A DNA stretch of 64,000 nucleotides from Planctomycetota bacterium. Its GTDB lineage: Bacteria; Planctomycetota; UBA11346. Under the pieces are notes generated by a model. The model saw nothing but the letters and a program-made list of their open reading frames with translations. It was not told the DNA's origin and did no database searches. The stretch is from NCBI GenBank assembly GCA_038231435.1, contig JBBRLJ010000011.1, positions 55,721-119,720 on the forward strand, in the 5' to 3' direction. Positions 1 to 10,031 of the stretch are shown in pieces. A program made the translations under genes and the position numbers. The first letter of the stretch is position 1; each line of letters starts with the position of its first letter.

Positions 1-306
1 ATCTACGCGGCTGCGAAAGCCGGCATCCTCGGCTTGACCCGCGGCCTCGCCCGCGAACTCGGCGCCGATGGCATCCGCATCAACACCGTGTCTCCAGGCT
101 GGGTGTTCACCGAGCGCCAACGCGACGAGCACTTCTCTGGCGCCGCCGGCGTCGAGAAGCTCGCCTACCTGCACCGCGTGCAATCGCTTGCGCTGCACAT
201 CGAGCCCGTCGACATCGCCACCCACATCCTCTTCTACCTGTCCTCAGCCAGCCGCGCCTCCACCGGACACAACTGCGTGGTGGATGCCGGCTGGCTGCTG
301 GAGTGA
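1..306 (+). CDS. SDR family oxidoreductase, C-terminal part (5' end outside window)
   Basis: Frame 1 reads IYAAAKAGILGLTRGLARELGADGIRINTVSPGW...VDAG: YxxxK catalytic motif and typical SDR C-terminus. Confidence 0.9.
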   Translation: MYAAAKAGILGLTRGLARELGADGIRINTVSPGWVFTERQRDEHFSGAAGVEKLAYLHRVQSLALHIEPVDIATHILFYLSSASRASTGHNCVVDAGWLLE

Positions 307-431
307 CGTCCTATCATCGTCAACCTGGGCCTGAGCGCCCCGCGATGGGCGGTCGGCGGATGCGATGGACGAAGCCCCTCACCCGACGATGACGCCAGCT
401 TGGCCACATCGAGCCCCACAACGATGTGGGG

Positions 432-470
432 GCTGATGGCCTCAGAGGCTTCGCCCCTGAGGCCATCAGC
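432..470. terminator. Long inverted repeat between convergent genes (putative bidirectional terminator)
   Basis: gctgatggcctcag ... ctgaggccatcagc stem, located between the SDR stop and the stop of ORF 466-732. Confidence 0.5.
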
Positions 471-732
471 TCAAGGCGCGAACCAGGGCCAGATCGACGG
501 TTCCGTGTAAGAAGCCGACCACCAGCAGGGCGATGGCGGCGAGCATGACGAGGCTCGCCGCGAGACCGGGGATGGGGCGGCCGTGGAGCTCGATGCCAGG
601 CACCACGGCGGCGCTGCGCGTGGAAGGGATGGCCTGGCGTCGCGACGACGGCATGCGCTGGAAAGGATGGCTAGGGACGTACACGTACATGGCGATCGCC
701 TCCATTCGGACCTGTTGAACCGTGTCGCTCAT
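466..732 (-). CDS. Small hypothetical membrane protein
   Basis: 88-aa ORF with one hydrophobic C-terminal segment (LAASLVMLAAIALLVVGFL); start uncertain. Confidence 0.45.
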   Translation of the reverse strand: MSDTVQQVRMEAIAMYVYVPSHPFQRMPSSRRQAIPSTRSAAVVPGIELHGRPIPGLAASLVMLAAIALLVVGFLHGTVDLALVRALS

Positions 733-807
733 ACTCGGCGACCATCCACCTACGATGTAGATGTTATGGAGGAAATACCGTTTTTCGCGTAATTTAGGAC
801 AAACTCG

Positions 808-1317
808 CTACAGCAGTGGTATTCGATCGATCGTGACCAAGCCGGCGAAGCGCGATTCGCACAGTGGCACGCGAGGTCGTCTGCGCCACGTTCCCAGATC
901 CGTCGGGGTGAGGTCGTGGACCCAGATGTCGGCGACGCCATCCGCTCCCGGCTTCGCGGTCGCGACCAGGGCGCGCAGCGCGGCGCGGTCCATACAGCGC
1001 GTTCGCCCCCCGCTCTCGACCACCAACGGCGGAGCGTTGACCAGACGCAGCGAGTGGCGCTCCTCGAAAGCGAGCAGCAGACGCGACAGCTTGTCGTGGC
1101 TGCACCCTGACAGGGTCTCGGCACCCTGCCAGGCGAGAGCGACGATCGAGCCGTCGGCGGCGAGTTCGCTGCCCCAACGGGTGACGCGTCCCTCGCGCTC
1201 GAACTGCGTGAAGAGCTTGGCTAGGGCATCGGCCAGCGTCGTCCATTCGTCGGTCCCCAGCGGGGGATCGCACGCGATCAGGCGCATGGCACAGGCATCG
1301 TCGAGACCATCGAACAT
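808..1317 (-). CDS. Conserved hypothetical protein with SGCSxD motif
   Basis: MFDGLDDA...LSGCSHDKL...LE; resembles, from memory, a Bacteroidota-type hypothetical family with a GCSID motif; ATG at 1317 chosen. Confidence 0.6.
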   Translation of the reverse strand: MFDGLDDACAMRLIACDPPLGTDEWTTLADALAKLFTQFEREGRVTRWGSELAADGSIVALAWQGAETLSGCSHDKLSRLLLAFEERHSLRLVNAPPLVVESGGRTRCMDRAALRALVATAKPGADGVADIWVHDLTPTDLGTWRRRPRVPLCESRFAGLVTIDRIPLL

Positions 1318-1430
1318 GCGCGCATGGTAGCGTCGTCCCACGGGCGCGCAGCGGCCTTGCCAGGGAAACAGCAGTCCAGGGAAGCGGTCAGCGCGCTGGG
1401 AATCCTCGCTCGCGTCGAGAGACTGCCCCC

Positions 1431-2195
1431 ATGCGCGGAACCTTCTGGCCCATCCAGGGCCTCGGCACCTTCCTGAAGTACCCGGCGCTGTGGCGGCGTC
1501 CGCTCGCCGCGCTGCTGGTCGGATGGGTGGCGCTGATCTGCGCCGGCGGCGGCGTGGCCTGGTGGTGGTGGCCGACCGGTCCGGCGAACTGGTGGCCCTG
1601 GCCGATGCACCTGTTCCTGGCCGTAGGGCTGGGCGTGGCCGCCACCTTGCTGGCGTGGATCCTGATCCTGCCCCTGGTGATGAGCTTCGCGCTCGAGCAC
1701 CTGGCGCGCGAGATCCAACGCCGTGCCGGTGCCCAGCCGGCAAAGGATGAATCAATGCTCTCGGCACTGGGCTCGAGCCTCGGTCTCACCATCCGCACCC
1801 TGCCCCTGCGGCTCGGTTGGACAGGAGTGGCGCTGCTGTCGTCGTTCTTCGGTCCGCTCGGACTGCTGGTGGGTGCGTTCGGCATGGCTCACCTCGCCTG
1901 CATCGACGCCTTCGACCTCGCGCTCGCGGTGCGCGGCCTGTCCGGGCCGCGCCGGCGTGAGGCGATGCGCGCGCACCGCGAGGAGATCATTCAGGGCGCG
2001 ATGGCCGGGGCGGTGATGAACCTCGGGCTCGGGGTCACCGTCCTCGGCTGGATCCTGTGGCTGCCGGCCCTGGTCTCGGGCGCGGCGACGCGGGTGCTGT
2101 CGTGGCCCGAGACCGCCATGTCCGCGACGATCGAGGCCGGTCACCTGGATCCGTCCGTGGCCCCTCCCGCTCCGTCGTCGCTGCCAGCACCCTAG
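1431..2195 (+). CDS. EI24/CysZ-like integral membrane protein
   Basis: Multiple TM segments; N-terminal 'GL..L..P.LW...L' pattern and E.LA..I motif typical of the EI24 domain. Confidence 0.65.
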   Translation: MRGTFWPIQGLGTFLKYPALWRRPLAALLVGWVALICAGGGVAWWWWPTGPANWWPWPMHLFLAVGLGVAATLLAWILILPLVMSFALEHLAREIQRRAGAQPAKDESMLSALGSSLGLTIRTLPLRLGWTGVALLSSFFGPLGLLVGAFGMAHLACIDAFDLALAVRGLSGPRRREAMRAHREEIIQGAMAGAVMNLGLGVTVLGWILWLPALVSGAATRVLSWPETAMSATIEAGHLDPSVAPPAPSSLPAP

Positions 2196-2305
2196 CTCAG
2201 GTCTGCGCGGCGCTCGACCTGCGCATCCGAGCGATATCCTCCGTCCATGACTCACGGCGCGACTACCGCATCGATGTCCGCACGCCAGCCTGCGTGGTCG
2301 CCCGC

Positions 2306-4345
2306 ATGGAGCTGACCCCGACCGACGTGCTCGGACCGGGCGGACTCCTGGCGGCACGCATGAGCGCGTACGAGAGCCGACCGCAACAGCTGGCCATGGC
2401 GGACACGGTCTCGCAGGCGATAGCTGACGGCGGCCACGCGATCGTCGAAGCGCCGACCGGCGTGGGCAAGAGCTTCGCCTATCTGGTGCCGCTCGCCCTG
2501 CACGCCATGAAGACCAACGCGCGCGTGGTGGTCTCGACCGGAACCATCGCGCTGCAGGAGCAGCTGATCCGCAAGGACATCCCGCTGCTGCAGGAAGTCT
2601 TCCCGCAGCTCAAGGCCGTGCTGGTCAAGGGCCGCCAGAACTACGTCTCGGTGCGGCGCATGCAGCACGCCGCTGACGGCTCGCTGTCGCAGCAGGCGAT
2701 GTTCGACACCCGCGAAGACGTGCAGTCGCTGCGCGAGCTGCACGACTGGTCGAAGACGACCACAATCGGCGACCTCGCCGATCTCGGCTTCGATCCGCCG
2801 CCCGCGGTATGGCGCCAGGTGGTGTCCGATCGCAACAACTGCCTCGGCCGCAAATGCCCGACCTACGAGAGCTGCTTCTTCTACAACGCGCGCCGCGAGA
2901 TGGAGGGCGCCCACCTGCTGGTGGTCAACCACCACCTCTATTTCAGCGACCTCGGCCTGCGCGAAGAGCACGCCGGCATCCTGCCGCCGCACGACATCGT
3001 GGTGTTCGACGAGGCCCACACCCTCGAGGACATCGCCACCGACCATCTCGGTTCCTCGGTGAGCGAGTCGCAGATCCGCTTCTTCCTCGACGGCTTGTGG
3101 AACCGCCGCGAGAAGGGCCTGCTCGCCGACGAGCGCTTCGCCTTCGCGCGCGAAGCCTGCGAATACGCCCGCGCCCAGAACGACGAATTCTGGAAGTCGG
3201 TGCTGCTGATCGGTGCCGATGCGCGCGACGATGCGGTGAAGATGCCGAATCCGCACGCGGTCGACAACATCCTCAGCCCCGCGCTCGACCTGCTCGCGCA
3301 GCGGCTCGAGGCCTGCGCCACCCGCGCTGGCGACGATAACCTGCTGCTCGAGGTCAAAGCGCAGCAGGCGCGCGCCATCGGCTTCGCGGGCGGCATCCGC
3401 GCGATCATCAGCCAGAACATGGACGGACACGTCTACTACGCGCACGTGCCGCAGGGACGCGCCCCCGGCCGCTCGTCGTCACCCAGCTTGTCGGCGAGCC
3501 CGCTGTCGGTCGCGCAGCTGCTCAAGGAGCGCCTCTTCGACCAGACCCGCACGGTGGTGCTGACCTCGGCGACGCTCGCCGCCGACGATAGCGACCGCTT
3601 CCTGTTCCTGCGCCGCCGGCTCGGCCTCGAGGGCGGAGCGGCGCAGCGCCTGGACAGCCCCTTCGACTTCACCACCCAGGTGAAGCTGATCCTGAACCAA
3701 TCCCAGATCGACCCGAACAGCCCGCGCTACGAGCAGGCGCTGGCCAACTGGCTCGGAGAGTACCTCGCTGACGAGGATCGCGGTCGTTCGGGCGGCAGTT
3801 TCGTGCTCTTCACCAGTTATCGCCAGCTCAAGGCGGTGCACGACCTGGTGCGTCCGACGCTCGACCGCATGAACCGCTTCGTGCTGCGCCACGGCGACGG
3901 CATGGGACGCGCGCAGATGCTCGACCTGTTCAAGCGCGTCGGCGACGCGGTGCTGTTCGGCACCAGCTCGTTCTGGGAGGGCGTCGACGTGCCCGGTGAC
4001 GCGCTGCGCCACGTCATCATCACCAAGCTGCCGTTCGAGGTGCCGAGCCATCCGGTGGTCGAGGCGCGCCATAACGAGATCACCCGCCGTGGCGGCAATG
4101 CCTTCATGGAGCGCACCGTGCCCGAGGCGATCATCCGCCTGAAGCAGGGATTCGGCCGCCTGATCCGCACCAAGACCGACACCGGATCGGTGATCATCTG
4201 CGATCACCGCATCCTCACCAAGGCCTATGGCCGCTATTTCCTCAAGGCGCTGCCGAGCTGCGGCATCGAGGTCATCGATCTGGCGCGCTATGCCGACGGC
4301 GGCGAGCCCTCGTCGATCCCGCGGACTCCCGAGTCCGGCTTCTAG
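2306..4345 (+). CDS. ATP-dependent DNA helicase, DinG/YoaA family
   Basis: Q motif YESRPQQ, Walker A EAPTGVGKS, DEAH, TSATL, FWEGVDVPG, LKQGFGRLIR. Confidence 0.95.
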   Translation: MELTPTDVLGPGGLLAARMSAYESRPQQLAMADTVSQAIADGGHAIVEAPTGVGKSFAYLVPLALHAMKTNARVVVSTGTIALQEQLIRKDIPLLQEVFPQLKAVLVKGRQNYVSVRRMQHAADGSLSQQAMFDTREDVQSLRELHDWSKTTTIGDLADLGFDPPPAVWRQVVSDRNNCLGRKCPTYESCFFYNARREMEGAHLLVVNHHLYFSDLGLREEHAGILPPHDIVVFDEAHTLEDIATDHLGSSVSESQIRFFLDGLWNRREKGLLADERFAFAREACEYARAQNDEFWKSVLLIGADARDDAVKMPNPHAVDNILSPALDLLAQRLEACATRAGDDNLLLEVKAQQARAIGFAGGIRAIISQNMDGHVYYAHVPQGRAPGRSSSPSLSASPLSVAQLLKERLFDQTRTVVLTSATLAADDSDRFLFLRRRLGLEGGAAQRLDSPFDFTTQVKLILNQSQIDPNSPRYEQALANWLGEYLADEDRGRSGGSFVLFTSYRQLKAVHDLVRPTLDRMNRFVLRHGDGMGRAQMLDLFKRVGDAVLFGTSSFWEGVDVPGDALRHVIITKLPFEVPSHPVVEARHNEITRRGGNAFMERTVPEAIIRLKQGFGRLIRTKTDTGSVIICDHRILTKAYGRYFLKALPSCGIEVIDLARYADGGEPSSIPRTPESGF

Positions 4346-4434
4346 CGTCCTGTCCGCCGACGGCGTACCGCGCGCCCGGAAAGCCCGCTCCATCGCCTCC
4401 TTGATCGCTGCCGGGGCCCAGCCAGCCTAGCGCC

Positions 4435-6927
4435 ATGCTCCGTGGCCTGCGCGTTTCCGATTCGACCGTCCTGCAACGCATCTGCGGCGGCGACATGAAG
4501 CTGTTCCTGCGCGTCGGCGCGCTGCTCCAGGCCAAGCTGGCCTTCACCGAGCTCGGGCTCGAGGCGGCGGTCGCCAACGAGGAAGGCAAGAAGCTGGTCG
4601 GCGACCGGCGCCTGCGCGACGCGGTGCCCGACCAGTTCGAGAAGATCGCCGCCGACGCCGGCGCCGCCGAGCTGCGCCTGTCCATGGTCGACACCGCGGG
4701 CGGAGCCGAGGACGGCTGGCGCGTGATCGCGCTCGAGGACGAGCTGGGCAATCCGCTGCTCGACCAATCGCGCGCCAACGATGCCGAGGCCCAGTCGCTG
4801 ATCGACGCCGCGCCGACCTCGGCCCTGTCCACGATGGTGGCCGGCCTGACCCCCTCGCTGCGCGGGCCGGTCGAGGGCCTGCTCCAGGCGCGCGCCGACG
4901 ACCAGCGCGCGGCGGCCCTCGAGCAGCTACGCTACGCGATGCCGCCGCTGCCGGTGGTGACCGAACTGATGCCGATGATCCTCTCCGACGGCGCCGAGCT
5001 GGTGCGCGAGCGCGCCATCGGCCTGCTGGTGGGCGCCGGCGCGAACGTCGCCGTGGTCGATCTCATCCGCGCGCTGCAGCGCAAGGACGACCACGCCCTG
5101 GCGCGCCTGGGCGAGCCGGTGTCGAAGCTGCCGGCGATGCAGCAGGATCTGGTGGTTTCAGCGGTGCTCGCGGCGATGTCGCGGGGCCATACCACCCAGG
5201 CCATCGTCACGCTCTGCGAGCATCTCGCCGCCCACCTGTCAGAGCACCGCGGCCTTGAGCGCCTGATGGAGCTGCTGCTGCCGGCGCGCCTGAGCCTCTT
5301 GGATCTGGTGCGCTCGCTGCAGGGCTTCGATCGCGGCCGCATCGATTCCATCCTCTCGCGCCAGCTCGGCATCAGCTCCGAGCGCGACGCGCACCTGGTG
5401 GTGCTGCTCGCCATGCCCGGCGCGGTCGATGCCGATGTTCCCGACCGCGACCATCTCGTGGAACGAGGCCTCGAGCTGCTGCTGACGCCCGCGGATTCGC
5501 CGCCCGAACGCATGGCGCTGGCCTCGGCGCTGCGCCGTCTCGAGCACGGCAGCAACCTCGCCCAGCGCATCGCCGACCGCGGCGCCGAGATCGCCAAGGC
5601 CTACGAGACCAGCGTCTACTGGCTGCTCGCCGAGCTCTGCCGCGACGGCTCGGTGCCCCCCGCGGCGGCCGAGGCGCTCGCCATCACCCTGCGCCGCCTG
5701 CTGCGCGAGGCCACGGGCCCGCACCTGGTGGCGATCCTCGAGCAGCAGCTGCCCGCGCTGCTGCCGGCGAGCGAGCCCGCGAAGGCGGGCCTGGTCGAGC
5801 CGATGGTCGAGACCATCGCGCGCTTCGTCGACGACCGCAGCCACGACCTGGTGGTGTCGTGCCTGACCGCCATCGGCCCCACCGCGGTGCCGCCGCTGTG
5901 GTCGCTGCTCGAGGACCATCCGCACGAGAACGTGCGCTTGCTCAGCGCCGAGCTGCTGCCGCTGCTCCTGCGCGATGCCCCGGCCGCGGACGCCCGCGCC
6001 GCCGTCTCGCGCCTGCTCAAGGGCCTGGGGCGCGCCAGCCAGGCGCGCGAACGCGCCAGCCTGGTGACCGCGGCGGCGATGATCTCGTGCCTGCCCGCGC
6101 TCGCCGCCGATCCTGAACCGAGCCGGCTCGTCGACGCCGCCGTCGACAGCCTCGGCACCTGGGGCATCGACGCCCTCGGCTACCTCGCCACCAGCGAGCA
6201 CCTCGCCGCGCCGCGCCGCCAGCAGATCATCGAACGGCTGCTCGACGACCTGGTCGAGGACCTGCCCGACACGCCGGTCGAGAGCGTCACGGATTCGTCG
6301 AACGACGAGGTCACCTTCGTCCTCGACGAGCGCCTTGGCGCTCACACCGAGAACGTCCCCAAGCTGCTCGCCGCGCTCTATCGCATCGGCTCGGCGCCGG
6401 CGCTCCCGGCCGAGCTGCAGCGGCGCGTGGTCAACCGCCTGTGCCTGCAATGGGGCCGCGTCTCGGGATGGAAGACCATCTGGGGCCCGGGCAACATCCA
6501 GGAGCTCGGCCGCACCCTCGGCCGCCTCGCCGAGCACCCCGAATTCCCCGGTCCGCTGCGGCTCCAGGTCTCAGAAGCGCTGCTGCCGCGCATCGCCCAG
6601 CTGACCGTGGCCCGCAGTCTGGCGCGGGTGTTCACCTCGGCCGAGGGCAGCTACCTCAGCCAGCTCGCGGGCAAGACCGCGTCCAAGCTCATCGAGCTCG
6701 CCGCCGAGAAGTACTACGCCGACGACGAATGGGAGGAACTCGCCGAGATCCTCGTCGACTACCTGGCGATCCCGCACCTCGGGCCCGACGGCCCGGCGGT
6801 GCGCCGCCGCCTGGTCAACGTCATCGGCGCCTACCGCTCGCACATGACCAGCCGCGCGCGCGCCAAGCTGCGCTACATCATGCCGGAGCTGGACGCCGAC
6901 CTGCGCACGAAGCTCGACTGGGCGTGA
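4435..6927 (+). CDS. Large helical (HEAT/ARM-like) hypothetical protein, 830 aa
   Basis: Strong GC3 codon bias; Leu/Ala-rich amphipathic repeats such as 'LSDGAELVRERAIGLL' and 'LEDHPHENVRLLSAELL'. Confidence 0.7.
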   Translation: MLRGLRVSDSTVLQRICGGDMKLFLRVGALLQAKLAFTELGLEAAVANEEGKKLVGDRRLRDAVPDQFEKIAADAGAAELRLSMVDTAGGAEDGWRVIALEDELGNPLLDQSRANDAEAQSLIDAAPTSALSTMVAGLTPSLRGPVEGLLQARADDQRAAALEQLRYAMPPLPVVTELMPMILSDGAELVRERAIGLLVGAGANVAVVDLIRALQRKDDHALARLGEPVSKLPAMQQDLVVSAVLAAMSRGHTTQAIVTLCEHLAAHLSEHRGLERLMELLLPARLSLLDLVRSLQGFDRGRIDSILSRQLGISSERDAHLVVLLAMPGAVDADVPDRDHLVERGLELLLTPADSPPERMALASALRRLEHGSNLAQRIADRGAEIAKAYETSVYWLLAELCRDGSVPPAAAEALAITLRRLLREATGPHLVAILEQQLPALLPASEPAKAGLVEPMVETIARFVDDRSHDLVVSCLTAIGPTAVPPLWSLLEDHPHENVRLLSAELLPLLLRDAPAADARAAVSRLLKGLGRASQARERASLVTAAAMISCLPALAADPEPSRLVDAAVDSLGTWGIDALGYLATSEHLAAPRRQQIIERLLDDLVEDLPDTPVESVTDSSNDEVTFVLDERLGAHTENVPKLLAALYRIGSAPALPAELQRRVVNRLCLQWGRVSGWKTIWGPGNIQELGRTLGRLAEHPEFPGPLRLQVSEALLPRIAQLTVARSLARVFTSAEGSYLSQLAGKTASKLIELAAEKYYADDEWEELAEILVDYLAIPHLGPDGPAVRRRLVNVIGAYRSHMTSRARAKLRYIMPELDADLRTKLDWA

Positions 6928-6932
6928 TCAGG

Positions 6933-7180
6933 GCAGGCCATCGCGACGCGCAGCGTCGGTAGCCGCGAAGCGGCGAGCGGCAAAGCCGCCGATGGCCGTA
7001 GTGCTTGCACGAAACATCCAAGTCGCGGTGACCCGGGGGTGTCGGGGGCAGAGCCCCTGACGCGGGGGCGGTCCGGGGGTCGCGACCCCCGGATTTATCG
7101 CGAGCGCATGCGAGCAGGCCATCGCGACGCGCAGCGTCGGTAGCCGCGAAGCGGCGAGCGGCAAAGCCGCCGATGGCCGT
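6933..7180. repeat. Composite palindromic element: two identical 67-bp direct repeats (6933-6999, 7114-7180) flanking GGGGCAGAGCCCC and CCGGGGGTCGCGACCCCCGG hairpins
   Basis: gcaggccatcgcgacgcgcagcgtcggtagccgcgaagcggcgagcggcaaagccgccgatggccgt occurs twice. Confidence 0.9.
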
Positions 7181-7446
7181 CAAACAGCAGCAGGCTGATT
7201 CATCAGGCGTTCAACGAAGCCGTAGATGTCGCCCATTGTGCGCAGGGCGCGGGCTTCCTTCTCGGGGCACTTCACCTTGAAGGTCTTCTCCATCGCCGCG
7301 ATCAGGTCGACGCTGTCGAGGCTGTCGAGCTCGAGGTCCTTCACCAGGTCGGCTTCGGGCACCAGACGGGCGGGATCGAGTTCGAACTCCTTGGCGAGGG
7401 CTGCATTCACGGCGCTGCGGACGGCTTCTGGTGACATCGTGGACAT
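7180..7446 (-). CDS. Acyl carrier protein
   Basis: DLELDSLDSVDL phosphopantetheine motif; 88 aa, acidic. Confidence 0.95.
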   Translation of the reverse strand: MSTMSPEAVRSAVNAALAKEFELDPARLVPEADLVKDLELDSLDSVDLIAAMEKTFKVKCPEKEARALRTMGDIYGFVERLMNQPAAV

Positions 7447-7556
7447 CTGGGAATCCTTGCTGAGGCAGGCGTGAACAGGAGGCGAAGCGTTCCAGCTTCA
7501 AGGGTACATCAGGAATCGCGCGAGTGCGGAACTTACTGGCGGTCTTCAGTCTTCGG

Positions 7557-7605
7557 TGAACGAACCTTCAATGAACGGACCAATGAACGAACCGATGAAC
7601 GAACC
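7557..7605. repeat. Four copies of TGAACG(A/G)ACC in the divergent intergenic region
   Basis: Copies start at 7557, 7572, 7584 and 7596. Confidence 0.7.
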
Positions 7606-7908
7606 AAGAGGAGTGAGGTCTGAGCCCGGAGCAGCCACCCGGACATGGATGGGCTATCACTGTACCGCATGATCGTCGGGGACAAGTGTTTCGCCGGTAA
7701 AAACCCTCCACGGAGGCCGCGCTCGCACATTCGCTGCAATCGATTCAAATGCCGGGCACGGGCATTTTCAGCAGGAATCACGCGGGGGTACGTCCTTCCG
7801 AGGACTCTCGGCGAGGTCTCCGAGGACAGATGTGCGGGGGAGATCGGCGCCCAGCTCGCCCCTGCCCGGTGGCCAGCTGCGAATCGCCGGCTACCCTGCG
7901 GCGCTCGC

Positions 7909-9135
7909 ATGCAGCTCATCGCTCCAGCATCCACGACCTGGCCGGCGGGCATGATCGCGCTGGTTCCGGTGTTCAACCACCATGCCACGGTCGCCGAGGT
8001 GGTGCGTGGCCTGCGGTCACTCGGCGCACCGGTGCTGGTGGTCGACGACGGTTCGAGCGATGGCAGCGGCGAGACGGCTGCCGCCGCCGGCGCCGAAGTG
8101 CACCGGCTGCCGATCAACCAGGGCAAGGGCGCCGCGCTGCGCTGCGGCATGGAGATCGCCGCCGCCCGCGGCTACGCCCAGGCACTCTCCTGCGATGCGG
8201 ACGGCCAGCACCCCTTAGTCGCGGTGGCATCGCTCGCCCGGGCGGCGAGCGATGCCACCGCGATCCACATTGGCCAACGCGACATGGCCGGAGCCCCGCG
8301 CTCGAGCCGCGTCGGGCGCTGGTGGTGCAACCTCTGGGTCTGGCTGTGCTGCGGCTGGTGGGTCGGAGACAGCCAATCGGGCCTGCGCGTCTATCCCCTG
8401 CCCGTGACGCCGAGACTGCCGGTGCGCGCGGGCCGCTACGCCTGGGAGGTCGAAGTCCTGGTGCGCGCGGCGTGGGCCGGTCTGCCGATGCGAATCGTGG
8501 ACGTGCCGGTCATCTACCCCGAGAACCGCATCAGCCATTTCCACAAGCTGAAGGACAACGCCCGCGTCACCGTGCTCTTCCACCGCCTGGTCTGGCGGCG
8601 GCTGATCCCATGGCCGCACGAACGGCTGATACCGCGCCGCAAGCTGCGCTTCCGCGAGGTCCTCACCGCCAACCTGTCGTCGTGGCAAGTCGCCGGCGCC
8701 TGCGCGCTCGGGGCGGCGATGGGCGTGGCTCCCTTGCCCGGGCTGCAGATGGCGGCGGCGATCTGGTTGTCGTGGCTGCTGCGGCTGAACGTCGGGCTCA
8801 CCCTGCTGGTGAGCAACCACAGCTTCGGCCCGCTGCTGGCCGCGTGGTACGCGCTGGGCACCGCGCTGGGCATGTACGTGCTCAACGGACTTCCACCCGA
8901 CGAGAACTTCCACCTGCTGCACGAACGTCTCCATCAGGCCGCGAGCTGGCCGGCGCGCCTCGATGTGCTGAAGGACTGCATCGGCAGCTGGCTGCTCGGG
9001 TGCGCGCTGTTGATGCCGGTGCTCGGGCTGATCGCCGGCTTCTTCGGCTATCTGGTGGCCGAGATCGTACGCGGGCGCCGGTCTCGCCGGTTGGAGGTCG
9101 CACCCGAGGCCGGACCCGAGCGACCGCAGCCGTGA
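7909..9135 (+). CDS. Glycosyltransferase family 2 fused to DUF2062-like membrane domain
   Basis: VVDDGSSD, NQGKGAAL, DADGQH, DSQSGLRVYP, RISHF; hydrophobic C-terminal 'A.G...G..P..G.Q' segment. Confidence 0.9.
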   Translation: MQLIAPASTTWPAGMIALVPVFNHHATVAEVVRGLRSLGAPVLVVDDGSSDGSGETAAAAGAEVHRLPINQGKGAALRCGMEIAAARGYAQALSCDADGQHPLVAVASLARAASDATAIHIGQRDMAGAPRSSRVGRWWCNLWVWLCCGWWVGDSQSGLRVYPLPVTPRLPVRAGRYAWEVEVLVRAAWAGLPMRIVDVPVIYPENRISHFHKLKDNARVTVLFHRLVWRRLIPWPHERLIPRRKLRFREVLTANLSSWQVAGACALGAAMGVAPLPGLQMAAAIWLSWLLRLNVGLTLLVSNHSFGPLLAAWYALGTALGMYVLNGLPPDENFHLLHERLHQAASWPARLDVLKDCIGSWLLGCALLMPVLGLIAGFFGYLVAEIVRGRRSRRLEVAPEAGPERPQP

Positions 9136-10031
9136 CGCGCTCGTGGAGCGGCAAGAGCCATGGTGGAGGGCTCGGCCACGCCCTGGTGCACGCCTTCGCC
9201 CGGCATGGCGGTTTGCGCGCGTGCTACGCGCTGCTGATCCCGCCTACCACCTGGTTCTTCATCGCCGACGGAACCGCGCGGCGCCATGCGGTGCGGTACT
9301 GGATGCGCGTGCGGCCCTCGTTGGGGCGCTGGGGCGCCCACGTGATGGCCTGGCGCCATTTCTACAGCTTCGCGAGAAACCTCGCCGACCGCTTCCTGGC
9401 CTCGGCCGCCCCGGGCAGCCTGCGCGTCCACAATCGCGGTGGCAGCCGCATGGATGCTGCCATGCGCCACCCGCAAGGCTGCATCCTGCTCTCGGCGCAC
9501 CTGGGCAACTGGGAGCTGGCGGGCCGCTGGCTGACCACCCATCCCGGCGTGCGCATCAACATCGTCATGCTCCTCGACGAGGCTCCCGAGGTGCAGCGCG
9601 AGCTCGATCGCGCCATGGGCGGCCACCCCTTCGGGATCATCGATCTGCGCGATCCCTTCGGCGCGAGCCTCGAGATCGCCGCCGCGCTGCGCAGGGGCGA
9701 GACCTGCTGCATGCTCGGAGACCGCACCGCGGGCGCGGCGGGCAATTCCGTAGCGGTGCCGTTCTTCGGCGCGCCGGCGCGCTTCCCTACCGGCCCCTTC
9801 ATCGCGGCCGCCGCGACGGGGGCCCTCATCGTTCCGACGTTCTCGTACAAGGAGAGCATCGACACCTACTGCCTGGTCGCCGACGAGCCGTGGACGGTGC
9901 GTTTCTCCAGCCGGGCGGCGCGCGGGCGCGAGCTCGAGGCGGCGGTGGCGCGATGGGCGGAACGCCTGGAACGGATGGTCCGCAGGCACCCGCTGCAGTG
10001 GCAGAATTTCTTCGATTTCTGGGCGAAATAA
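9132..10031 (+). CDS. LpxL/LpxP-family (lipid A-type) acyltransferase
   Basis: GTG overlaps the upstream stop; WSGKSHGG N-terminus, SAHLGNWE, GDR, FPTGPF, PLQWQNFFDFW. Confidence 0.9.
   Translation: MTRSWSGKSHGGGLGHALVHAFARHGGLRACYALLIPPTTWFFIADGTARRHAVRYWMRVRPSLGRWGAHVMAWRHFYSFARNLADRFLASAAPGSLRVHNRGGSRMDAAMRHPQGCILLSAHLGNWELAGRWLTTHPGVRINIVMLLDEAPEVQRELDRAMGGHPFGIIDLRDPFGASLEIAAALRRGETCCMLGDRTAGAAGNSVAVPFFGAPARFPTGPFIAAAATGALIVPTFSYKESIDTYCLVADEPWTVRFSSRAARGRELEAAVARWAERLERMVRRHPLQWQNFFDFWAK

Noticed and set aside
2306..6927. DinG plus large protein as a type IV CRISPR or antiphage module
   Set aside because: No cas genes, array or nuclease motifs; the helicase looks like a housekeeping YoaA/DinG.
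6933..7180. Possible mini-CRISPR array
   Set aside because: Only two 67-bp repeats with a 114-bp hairpin-rich spacer; lengths do not fit CRISPR and no cas genes are in the window.
7533..8150. 205-aa minus-strand ORF and the 5' extension of the GT2 ORF from 7645
   Set aside because: No recognisable motifs, overlaps the GT2 gene and translates the short repeats; treated as intergenic or shadow sequence.
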